Part shown: piece after piece, positions 27,184 through 35,604 of the stretch | How the letters are laid out: each line of letters opens with the position of its first letter | Numbering within the stretch: position 1 is the first letter of the stretch | Assembly: GCA_011525805.1 (NCBI GenBank) | Contig: WYBR01000070.1 | Location: 80,588 to 144,587 of the forward strand | Origin: Vicinamibacteraceae bacterium | GTDB lineage: Bacteria > Planctomycetota > Phycisphaerae > Phycisphaerales > UBA5793 | Direction of reading: 5' to 3' | DNA: 64,000 bases | Made by a program: the position numbers and the translations under genes | The notes under the pieces: generated by a model | What the model was told of the DNA's origin: nothing | What the model saw: the letters and a program-made list of their open reading frames with translations, nothing else | The model's database searches: none

Positions 27184-28890
27184 ATGGGCTTGACGAGCGC
27201 GCTTCAGATCGGCCGGTCCGCCCTGCACTACGCCCAGGCGGCGCTGCAGGTGACCGGCAACAACATGGCCAACGCCACTACGCCGGGATTCACGCGGCAG
27301 ACCGCCATCGCCTCGCCGCTGCGCGGCGAGCGCCTCGGGGCCGCCTCCTTCACCGGCGGCGGCGTCATGCTCGCCGCCATCCAGCGCCACGTCGATGAAG
27401 CCATCAACACCCGCATCCGCAACGCGCTCGGCGACGAGCGCCACGCCCTCACGCGCCAGAATCTCTTCAGCCAGATCGAGTCAATCCAGAACGAACTTAC
27501 CGATGCCGACCTCTCCAGCGCCCTGACGCGATTCTTCAACGCCTGGTCCGAACTGGCGAACAACCCCGGCGACCTTTCGGTGCGGACGCTGGTGATCGAA
27601 GAGGGCGTGAGCCTCGCCGGGCGGCTGCGCGACGTCCGCGGGGAGTACACGACGGTGCGCGACCAGATTGACCGCGACGCGGCGCTCCAGGTCGGCCGGG
27701 CGGACGAACTGCTCACCGAGGTCGCCGCGCTCAACCTCTCGATTGCCCAGGCGGAGCAGGGGCAGGGGACTGCTTCGTCGCTGCGCGACCAGCGCGACCA
27801 GTTGATCGACGAACTCGCCGGGATCATGGACCTCACCGTCGTGGCGCAGGAGTCCGGCACCGTCGATCTCTTCGTCGGCTCGACGCCGATCCTCCTCGGC
27901 TCGACGTCGCGCGGCATCACGATGCGCACCATCTCCGAGAACGGCGAGCCGCGGCTGCTCATCGAGACGCGGGTGGACGGATCGGACCTCAATGTCACCA
28001 CCGGCAGCCTCGGCGCCCTCGTCACGGCCCGCGACGACATCGTCAGCGGCGTCATCGACGATCTCGACCAACTCGCCGCGTCGCTCATCTTCGAGGTCAA
28101 CCGCATTCACTCGCAGGGGCAATCGGGCAAGGGATTCGAGAGCGTGGAGGGAACGTACCGCGTCGTCGATCCGGCTGCGGCGCTCAACAGCGCCGCCGCA
28201 GGCCTGCCCTTCACCATCGTCAACGGCAGCGTGCAGATCCACCTCACCCACGCCTCCACCGGCGAGCGCACGACGTGGCAGATCGACGTCGATCTCGACG
28301 GCGTCGGCGCGGACATGAGCCTCAATGACCTCGTCAACGCGATCAACACGACCATCGGCGCCGGCAACATCACCGCCGCCGTCACGTCGGACGGACGGCT
28401 GAGCCTCGCGGCCGCGGACGGCTTCACGCTTTCGTTCAGCGACGACACCGCGGGCGTGCTTGCGGGCCTGGGCGTGAACACCTACTTCACGGGCGAGGAC
28501 GCCTCGGACATCGGAGTGAACGAGATTCTCGTGGCCGACGCCGGCTTCCTCGCCGCCGGGAGCGATCACCTCCAAGGCTCAAACGGCACGGCGCTGGGAA
28601 TCGCCGATCTCAAGACGCGGGCGCTCGATTCGCTCGACGGGCGCACGCTCATCCAGGTGTGGACCTCGAGCGTCGAGTCGCTGGCGATCCGGTCGCGCAC
28701 CGCGATCGGGCAGGCGGCCTCGTCGCGCCTGGTGCGCGAGAGCCTCGAAGCCCAGCGAGCCGCGGTGAGCGGCGTGAGCCTCGACGAGGAGGCGGTGAAC
28801 CTCCTCAACTTTCAACGGCAGTACGAAGCGGCGGCGCGGTACATCAGCGCCGTCGATGAACTCATGCAGGTGCTGATCTCGATCGTGTGA
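27184..28890 (+). CDS. flgK: Flagellar hook-associated protein 1, FlgK
   Basis: N-terminal GLTSALQIGRSALHYAQAALQVTGNNMANATTPGFTRQ and C-terminal GVSLDEEAVNLLNFQRQYEAAARYISAVDELMQVL. Confidence 0.85.
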   Translation: MGLTSALQIGRSALHYAQAALQVTGNNMANATTPGFTRQTAIASPLRGERLGAASFTGGGVMLAAIQRHVDEAINTRIRNALGDERHALTRQNLFSQIESIQNELTDADLSSALTRFFNAWSELANNPGDLSVRTLVIEEGVSLAGRLRDVRGEYTTVRDQIDRDAALQVGRADELLTEVAALNLSIAQAEQGQGTASSLRDQRDQLIDELAGIMDLTVVAQESGTVDLFVGSTPILLGSTSRGITMRTISENGEPRLLIETRVDGSDLNVTTGSLGALVTARDDIVSGVIDDLDQLAASLIFEVNRIHSQGQSGKGFESVEGTYRVVDPAAALNSAAAGLPFTIVNGSVQIHLTHASTGERTTWQIDVDLDGVGADMSLNDLVNAINTTIGAGNITAAVTSDGRLSLAAADGFTLSFSDDTAGVLAGLGVNTYFTGEDASDIGVNEILVADAGFLAAGSDHLQGSNGTALGIADLKTRALDSLDGRTLIQVWTSSVESLAIRSRTAIGQAASSRLVRESLEAQRAAVSGVSLDEEAVNLLNFQRQYEAAARYISAVDELMQVLISIV

Positions 28891-28997
28891 TGCGCCTGGA
28901 TGTGACGGCGCAAGCGGTCTCGGAGGGTTTTTCAGATTCGATAGTGCAGCGCTTCAACGCCTCGATCCCCTGATGCCTTGATCTCTCATTCTCTCCC

Positions 28998-30989
28998 ATG
29001 AGCGCCATTCCCAGCAATCTCGCACGCGTTCCCGTCTCACTCTCCTCGCAGGCGATGCTCAGCAACCTGACCCGGACGAGCGCGCGGCTGCTCGAGGCGC
29101 AGGTGCAACTGGCGTCGGGGCGGCTGGTGAACAAGCCCAGCGACAACCCCATCGGCGCCTCGCTGATGCTCGGCCTGCAGCGATCGATGGACATCCGCGA
29201 GCAGCGGTTCATCAACTTCGACCGGGCCGAGTCCCTCATGAACGTGGCGGACGCGGCCATGGGCGAGGCGACGGACATTGTCCTCCAGGCCCGCGACATC
29301 GCCTCGCAGATGATCGGCATCGGCGGCGACCCCGAGACTCGCCGCAACCAGGCCGAAGTCATCAACGCCATGATCAATGAGATGGTCGATCTCGCCAACA
29401 CGAAGTTCGGCGACCTCTATCTCTTCGGCGGCGCGCAGACCGGCCGCGCCCCGGTCGAGGCGACGCTCGGTGGATATCGATACACCGGGGCGGACTACGG
29501 CCTGAGCCTCGATCTCGGCGTCGGCGAGCCGCTGGAAGTCACCCTCCCCCTCGATCGCGCCTTCGGCGCCATGTCCACCCGCGTCGAGGGCGATCGCGAC
29601 CTCAATCCCGACCTCGTCGGCGCCACGCGCGTCAGCGACCTCAACGGCGCGCGCGGCCTGGGCGTAACGCTGGGCACCGTCAGCATCGACGTCGGCGGCG
29701 TCGGGTCGATCGACGTCGATCTCACCTCCGCCGACAGCGTGCAGGACGTCATCGACCTCATTGACGACGCCATCGCCACCCTTGAAGCCGACACAAGCAC
29801 GGCGATCCTCGGCCCAGGACGCGTCAGCATCAACTCGACCTCGAACGGCCTGGCGCTGGATGTGCTCCCCGGCCTGACGGTGACCTTCAGTGACGTCGGC
29901 GCCGGGACGGCCGCGGCGGACCTGGGACTCTCTCAGGCGTCGTTCACCAGCGCCACGCCCGACGGCGCGGACGTCGACTCCCGCCTGACGATGCTCACCG
30001 CGATCGCCGACCTCCCGGGCGTCAGCCCGCTGGGCGACTTCGTCATCACCAACGCCGGCCAGACGCGCACGGTGGACACGACCGGGGTCACGACCCTCCA
30101 GGACCTCGCCAACGCCATCGCCCGGACCGGCATCGGCGCCCGCCTGACCATCTCGAACAACGGGGAGCGCATCAACGTCGTCAGCGAGTTGTCCGGTACG
30201 GCCATGTCGATCTCGGAGACGGTCGGCGGCACGAGCGCGACCGACCTGGGCATCCGCTCCTTCACCGGCTCGACGCGCCTCGACTCGTTCAACAACGGCC
30301 GGGGCGTTCACATCCTCAGCGGCTCCATCGATCCGCAGACGGGCCTGCCCGATCCGACGCTCGACATCGACTTCCGGGTTCACCTCAGCGACGGGACGTT
30401 CTTCGACGTCGACCTGGCGGGAGCGGAGACGGTGCAGGACGTGATCGACATGGTGACGACCGCGGCGCCGCCCGGTACGCTGACGATCGCGCTCACCGAC
30501 GGCCCGAACGGGCTGACGCTGACCGACCTGACGGGCGGCGCGGGGACGTTCCGCATCGAGAGCCGCAACGGCTCACGGGCGGCGGAGGACCTGGGCATCC
30601 TCATGGAGTCGGCAGGCGCAATTCTTACCGGCGAAGACCGCGCGACGATCGAGGTGGACAGCGTTCTCACGCATCTCGTGCGCCTTCGCGAGGCGCTTCT
30701 CGCGGATGATTCGCTTGGCATCACGTTTGCTGGGGAGGCGTTGACCGCCGACGTCGATCGTCTGGCGCAGGCCCGGGCGGTGCTCGGGCAGAGATCCAAC
30801 CGCGTGTCGGCGATCCGCACGCGCGAGGAGGACCGACAGTTGCTGGACCAGAGCCTGATGAGCCAGATTCGAGACCTGGACTACAACGAAGCGACGATCC
30901 GCTTCACGAGCCTTCAGGCGCAGTTGCAGGCGGCGATGTTGACCACGTCTCAGTTGGGGAGCCTGAGCCTCTTTCGATTCCTTGGTTGA
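28998..30989 (+). CDS. flgL: Flagellar hook-associated protein 3, FlgL (long, 663 aa)
   Basis: Flagellin-like termini: LSNLTRTSARLLEAQVQLASGRLVNKPSDNPIGAS at the N-terminus and DLDYNEATIRFTSLQAQLQAAMLTTSQLGSLSLFRFL at the C-terminus. It follows flgK. Confidence 0.75.
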   Translation: MSAIPSNLARVPVSLSSQAMLSNLTRTSARLLEAQVQLASGRLVNKPSDNPIGASLMLGLQRSMDIREQRFINFDRAESLMNVADAAMGEATDIVLQARDIASQMIGIGGDPETRRNQAEVINAMINEMVDLANTKFGDLYLFGGAQTGRAPVEATLGGYRYTGADYGLSLDLGVGEPLEVTLPLDRAFGAMSTRVEGDRDLNPDLVGATRVSDLNGARGLGVTLGTVSIDVGGVGSIDVDLTSADSVQDVIDLIDDAIATLEADTSTAILGPGRVSINSTSNGLALDVLPGLTVTFSDVGAGTAAADLGLSQASFTSATPDGADVDSRLTMLTAIADLPGVSPLGDFVITNAGQTRTVDTTGVTTLQDLANAIARTGIGARLTISNNGERINVVSELSGTAMSISETVGGTSATDLGIRSFTGSTRLDSFNNGRGVHILSGSIDPQTGLPDPTLDIDFRVHLSDGTFFDVDLAGAETVQDVIDMVTTAAPPGTLTIALTDGPNGLTLTDLTGGAGTFRIESRNGSRAAEDLGILMESAGAILTGEDRATIEVDSVLTHLVRLREALLADDSLGITFAGEALTADVDRLAQARAVLGQRSNRVSAIRTREEDRQLLDQSLMSQIRDLDYNEATIRFTSLQAQLQAAMLTTSQLGSLSLFRFLG

Positions 30990-31153
30990 GGAGAGAGATG
31001 AGTGAGAGCATCCGGGCGTGCCTCGGCCGCACCTCCGGAGAAGTCATGGACGAGGGGCCTGCGACGCTCGGACGCGAGACGGGCCCCGTACGCCGGTTCA
31101 AGGAGTGGACCGGTGCGACCAGGATGGTTCGGCCGAACAAGTGGAGCGTTCAC

Positions 31154-31600
31154 ATGAACGTGAAGACGAGTCGTTTTGGCACCGTGGAGATCGATGCCGA
31201 TCGCATCATCACCTTCAAGTCGGGTCTGCTGGGCTTCGCGAACCAGACGCGCTTCGCGCTGCTCCAGCCGAATCCGGAGGGCGTGTTCTACTGGCTTCAG
31301 GCCGTGGACGCTCCGGATCTGGCTTTTGTGGTGACGGATCCGAGCCTGTTCGTGACGGGCTACGAAGTGCCCATTCGCGACGACCAGGCGGCGGCGCTGG
31401 GTCTCAAGTCGCTCGAAGAGGCGCAGGTGCTGGTGATTGTGAACCGGTACGGCGAGAGCCTGACGGGCAACCTCCAGGGCCCGCTGGTGATCAACGTGGA
31501 CAGCCGCGTCGGGGAGCAACTCGTGCTCGCCGACCAGCGCTGGTCCACGCGGCACCGGCTCGTGGACGTCGGCGCAGCGGCGCACGCGGCGTCGGCCTGA
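31154..31600 (+). CDS. fliW: Flagellar assembly factor FliW
   Basis: VKTSRFGTVEIDADRIITFKSGLLGFANQTRFALL...FYWLQAVDAPDLAFVVTDP...NLQGPLVINVDSRVGEQLVL matches FliW. The ATG at 31154 was chosen inside track ORF 30986-31600. Confidence 0.85.
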   Translation: MNVKTSRFGTVEIDADRIITFKSGLLGFANQTRFALLQPNPEGVFYWLQAVDAPDLAFVVTDPSLFVTGYEVPIRDDQAAALGLKSLEEAQVLVIVNRYGESLTGNLQGPLVINVDSRVGEQLVLADQRWSTRHRLVDVGAAAHAASA

Positions 31601-31712
31601 GGGCCGCCGGCCCGGGCCGCGCAGGGCGCCCGGCCGCGAGGCCTGGCGCATGTGGGTTGGAATGCTGGCGATTCGGCGCAGGGAGTGCGCCCGGATCCAA
31701 CGGAGCAACGGA

Positions 31713-32030
31713 ATGCTTGTGCTCTCACGTCAGCGCGATGAAACGATCATGATCGGCGACCACATCGAGGTCACCGTCGTGGATGTGCGGGGAGACAAGG
31801 TGCGCCTGGGCATCAACGCCCCCACCAGCGTCGCCGTCCATCGCAAAGAAGTCTACGACGCCATCAAGAGGGAGAACGAGGAGGCCGCCCGATTCGACCA
31901 GCGCCAACTCGAAGGGCTGGCCGTCCGGCCCGCGACGCCCCAGGGAGGGCGCGCCGCCGGCCCCTCGAAACGAACCAACCGTAACCCCCGCGCTTCAGGA
32001 CTCGAAGCGCTCAGATGCAGGACCGCATGA
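31713..32030 (+). CDS. csrA: Carbon storage regulator CsrA with an extended C-terminal tail
   Basis: MLVLSRQRDETIMIGDHIEVTVVDVRGDKVRLGINAPTSVAVHRKEVYDAIKREN is a near-textbook CsrA core. It is followed by a tail of about 50 aa rich in Arg, Pro and Gly. Confidence 0.85.
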   Translation: MLVLSRQRDETIMIGDHIEVTVVDVRGDKVRLGINAPTSVAVHRKEVYDAIKRENEEAARFDQRQLEGLAVRPATPQGGRAAGPSKRTNRNPRASGLEALRCRTA

Positions 32031-32119
32031 ACCTCGCCTCGCGCCGCACGACGGCCGCGACGCCCCGCGCCCCGGAACGGGCGCCACTCGACCAGTAGCC
32101 TCAATCAAGGAGGATTGTC

Positions 32120-33589
32120 ATGGCTCGGATCAACACCAACATCGCTTCCATGATCGCTCAGGCGAGCCTCAGTCGATCCTACCAGGATCTCAACATCAGG
32201 CTCGAACGGCTCTCGACCGGCCTGCGAATCAATCGCGGCGCCGACGATCCCGCGGGACTCATCACCTCCGAGCGGCTGCGCAGCGAGATGTCCGCCATCG
32301 GCAAGGCCGTCTCCAACTCGGAGCGGGCCGCCTCCGTGATCGCCACGACGGAAGGGGCGCTGAGCGAAGTTTCCGAACTGCTCAACTCCATCAAGGGCCT
32401 CATCATCGAGGCGTCGAACACCGGCGGCATCTCCCCGGAGGAACTCGAAGCCAACCAGTTGCAGATCGACTCCGCCATCGATGCGATCACCCGCATCAGC
32501 AACACGGCGAGTTTCGCCGGCCTGCAACTGCTCAACGGCACCCTCGACTACCTCACCTCCGGCGTCCCGACCTCCGCCATCGCCAACGCGAAGATCCTCG
32601 GCGCGAGTTTCGGCACCGCGAGCAACGTCCCCGTGAACGTCCAGGTGCTCGGCTCGGCGCTCACCGCCGAGATCACCCTCACCGCCGACTACCCCGGCAC
32701 GACCAACGACGGCACCCTGCTCAGCAGCATCACCCTCGAAATCGCCGGCAGGGACGGCGTGACCGTCATCCAGTTCACTTCCGGAACCTCGATCTCCGAC
32801 GTCGTCACCGCCATCAACAGCCGCCGCGACACCACCGGCGTCGAGGCGAGCCTCGTCAGCGCGGGCGACCTGAGTTCGGGAATGGTCTTCACGAGCATCG
32901 AGTACGGCTCGAACGCCTTCGTGAGCGTGAAGAAACTGGGCAGCGGCGGCGAGTTCTTCGACTCGCGCATCAGCGCCCAGCGCGAGACGGGTCAGGACGT
33001 GACGGCCATCGTCAACGGCGTCCTCGCCACGGGCAAGGGCCTCGAGATCGCCGTCAAGTCCCCGGCGCTCAACATCGAGATGCTCCTCACCGCCGACTAC
33101 GCGCAGGACACGACCAACGTCAAGACCTTCTACATCACCGGCGGCGGCGCCAAGTTCCAACTCGGCCCGGCCGTCAACGTCAACCAGCAGATCAACTTCG
33201 GCGTGCGCTCCGTCGCGGCCTCGCGCCTCGGGGCCACCTACATCAGCGACGAACTCCAGTTCCTCAACTCAATCCAGTCGAGCGGGAACAACAGCCTCAA
33301 CTCCGGCAACTTCCTCAACGCCAGCAAGATCATCGACTCGGCCATCGACGAGGTCGCGGTCCTGCGCGGTCAACTCGGCGCCATCGAACGCAACACGATT
33401 CAGCCGAACATCCGCTCGCTCAACGTCGCGCTCGAGAACATCACCGCCGCCGAGTCGAAGATCAGGGACGCGGACTTCGCGCTGGAGACGAGCCAGTTGA
33501 CGCGAGCGCAGATCCTGGTGCAGGCGGGCACCGCGGTGCTGGCGACGGCGAACAGCAACGCCCAGAGCGTGCTCCAGTTGCTCGGGTAG
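32120..33589 (+). CDS. fliC: Flagellin (489 aa), copy 1
   Basis: MARINTNIASMIAQ...LERLSTGLRINRGADDPAGLITSERLRSEM at the N-terminus and IRDADFALETSQLTRAQILVQAGTAVLATANSNAQSVLQLL at the C-terminus. The Shine-Dalgarno context is CAAGGAGGA. Confidence 0.92.
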   Translation: MARINTNIASMIAQASLSRSYQDLNIRLERLSTGLRINRGADDPAGLITSERLRSEMSAIGKAVSNSERAASVIATTEGALSEVSELLNSIKGLIIEASNTGGISPEELEANQLQIDSAIDAITRISNTASFAGLQLLNGTLDYLTSGVPTSAIANAKILGASFGTASNVPVNVQVLGSALTAEITLTADYPGTTNDGTLLSSITLEIAGRDGVTVIQFTSGTSISDVVTAINSRRDTTGVEASLVSAGDLSSGMVFTSIEYGSNAFVSVKKLGSGGEFFDSRISAQRETGQDVTAIVNGVLATGKGLEIAVKSPALNIEMLLTADYAQDTTNVKTFYITGGGAKFQLGPAVNVNQQINFGVRSVAASRLGATYISDELQFLNSIQSSGNNSLNSGNFLNASKIIDSAIDEVAVLRGQLGAIERNTIQPNIRSLNVALENITAAESKIRDADFALETSQLTRAQILVQAGTAVLATANSNAQSVLQLLG

Positions 33590-33684
33590 CGCTGATAGAG
33601 AAGGATGGTGAAGGCGCCGCCCTTGTGGTGACGCTGCCGAATCCCGCTTGCGTCTTCGCCTCACGGCCTGGTCCGCGTAACTCG

Positions 33685-33692
33685 GCCGATAA
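33685..33692 (+). promoter_or_regulatory. Sigma-28 (FliA)-type -10 box candidate, GCCGATAA
   Basis: This is an 8/8 match to the enterobacterial/Bacillus sigma-28 -10 consensus, in the 400-nt spacer between the two flagellin genes. No TAAA-like -35 lies at the expected 15-nt spacing, and a strong hairpin follows it, so the function is uncertain. Confidence 0.25.
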
Positions 33693-33716
33693 CTCCACAC
33701 TCACGAAGAGCCCCGC

Positions 33717-33768
33717 GCGGCTCCCGATAATCCGGGAGCCGCCATTCGTTTTGGCGGCCGACCGCCAA
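33717..33768 (+). terminator. Tandem hairpins downstream of flagellin 1 (candidate intrinsic terminator)
   Basis: GCGGCTCCCG-ATAATC-CGGGAGCCGC (10-bp perfect stem, 33717-33742) is followed by CATTCGTTTTGG. A second hairpin, TTGGCGG-CCGA-CCGCCAA, follows. Confidence 0.5.
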
Positions 33769-33989
33769 GGGCGCAGGATTCGGAAAGCGCAAGGAAAACG
33801 ATGTTCCGGATCAATGGACTTAACCCGGTTGCCATAGCGGACGATAGCAGTGCGTGGCCGATCTGGGTGGATGCCCGCAGTGGGCGCAAGACGGCTGACG
33901 CATCTGACCGGCTTCGAAGGAGCGAGGTCGATTAGAGGCCAACAAGCAAACGCCCCGAGAAGGGCACACTTCCAGTCACGGAGGATGGC

Positions 33990-35459
33990 ATGAGTCGCAT
34001 CATCACCAATGTTCCGTCTCTGATCGGACAGCGCAACCTCGGGTTGCAAAACCGGTCCCTCAACACCACGCTCGAACGGTTGAGCACCGGCTTGCGCATC
34101 AACCGCGGCGGCGACGATCCCGCTGGCCTGATCGCGTCGGAAAACCTGCGCGCCGAGATGAAGGCGATCTCCGCCGCCATCAAGAACGGCGAGCGGGCCG
34201 AGCAGGTCGTCAACGTCGCCGAGGGCGGCCTCCAGGAAATCAGCAACCTCCTGCAGGAACTCCAGGGCCTCGTCGGCCAGTCCGCCAACGAAGCCGGCCT
34301 GAGCACCGAGGAACGCGAAGCGAACCAGCAGCAGATCGACTCGATCCTGCAGACGATCGACCGCATCAGCAACGCGACGTCCTTCCAGGGCACCAAACTG
34401 CTCAACGGCAACTTCGACTACACGACCTCCGCCGTCAACAGCACGCTGCTCTCCGACGTCACGATCAACTCGGCCAAACTGCCCACGACCTCCGGCGCGT
34501 ACCTCACCGCGACCGTGGACGTGCTCACTTCGGCCCAGACGGCGGAAGTCTACCTCTCGACCGCGGCCAACCTCGACGGCAACGGCGGCTCCTACACCAT
34601 CGAGATCACCGGCAACGTCGGCACGCAGCAGATCACCGTCGCCTCCGGCACCAGCCAGGCGGACATCATCTCCGCGATCAACCAGTTCAAGGATGTCACC
34701 GGCGTCTCCGCCGCACAGAGCGCGACGAACACCGCCCGCATCGAGTTCCGCTCGGCCGGCTTCGGCAGCGACGCCTTCGTCCGTGTGAAGGAACTCTCCG
34801 GCAGCACCTCAGACCTCATCTTCGACGCCGCGTCGGGAGGCACGGCCCGATCCGACTACAAGGACACGGGTCGAGACGCGACCCTCCTGATCAACGGCAT
34901 TCAGGCCACTACGAACGGCCTGACGGCCCGGGTCTCGAGCGACGGCTTCGACGTCTCCGTCACCATCGATGGCACGAGCGCGGTCAACACCACCAACGGC
35001 ACGACCTCGTTCTACATCACCGGCGGCGGCGCGACCTTCAGCCTCAACCCCGACGTCAACCTCGCCGGCAAGGTCAGCCTCGGAATCAAGTCCGTCTCCT
35101 CGGGCAACCTCGGAGACGCCGTCACCGGCTACCTCGCCGACCTCAAGTCGGGTCAGACCGCCAACGTGACCACCGGCGACATCGACAAGGCCCAGACCAT
35201 CATCGACACCGCGATCAAGCAGGTCTCCGGCCTGCGCGGCCGCCTCGGCGCCTTCCAGTCCAACACCGTCGGCGCCACCGTCCGTTCGCTGGGCATCTCC
35301 TTCGAGAACACCGCTGCGGCGGAAAGCCAGATCCGCGACACCGACTTCGCCGCGGAAACGGCCAACCTCACCCGGTCGCAGATCCTCGTCCAGGCCGCGA
35401 CCACGGTGCTCTCGCTCTCCAACGCCCAGCCCCAGGCCGTCCTGGCGCTGCTCGGCTAA
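33990..35459 (+). CDS. fliC: Flagellin (489 aa), copy 2
   Basis: MSRIITNVPSLIGQ...LERLSTGLRINRGGDDPAGLIASENLRAEM at the N-terminus and IRDTDFAAETANLTRSQILVQAATTVLSLSNAQPQAVLALL at the C-terminus. The central region differs from copy 1. Confidence 0.92.
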   Translation: MSRIITNVPSLIGQRNLGLQNRSLNTTLERLSTGLRINRGGDDPAGLIASENLRAEMKAISAAIKNGERAEQVVNVAEGGLQEISNLLQELQGLVGQSANEAGLSTEEREANQQQIDSILQTIDRISNATSFQGTKLLNGNFDYTTSAVNSTLLSDVTINSAKLPTTSGAYLTATVDVLTSAQTAEVYLSTAANLDGNGGSYTIEITGNVGTQQITVASGTSQADIISAINQFKDVTGVSAAQSATNTARIEFRSAGFGSDAFVRVKELSGSTSDLIFDAASGGTARSDYKDTGRDATLLINGIQATTNGLTARVSSDGFDVSVTIDGTSAVNTTNGTTSFYITGGGATFSLNPDVNLAGKVSLGIKSVSSGNLGDAVTGYLADLKSGQTANVTTGDIDKAQTIIDTAIKQVSGLRGRLGAFQSNTVGATVRSLGISFENTAAAESQIRDTDFAAETANLTRSQILVQAATTVLSLSNAQPQAVLALLG

Positions 35460-35540
35460 GCGAGGGCGCTCCTCCGGCGGGCCGGGGGTCTCCCCGACTC
35501 CGCCCACCGCCCCCAAGGGCGAGTTTCCTCCGTGACTTCG

Positions 35541-35576
35541 AGCGCGGCGGCCGAAAGGCCGCCGCGCTTCCTTTCC
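35541..35576 (+). terminator. Intrinsic terminator after flagellin 2
   Basis: GCGCGGCGGCC-GAAA-GGCCGCCGCGC is an 11-bp perfect stem with a GNRA-type loop (35542-35567). It is followed by TTCCTTTCC. Confidence 0.6.
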
Positions 35577-35604
35577 AGCCGACGTCGACGAATAGGATTC
35601 CCCC

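Noticed and set aside
33660-33700. A complete sigma-28 promoter (-35 TAAA plus -10 GCCGATAA) for flagellin 2
   Set aside because: The -10 match is perfect, but I found no TAAA-like -35 at about 15-nt spacing, and a terminator-like hairpin lies downstream of it. I kept it only as a low-confidence -10 candidate.
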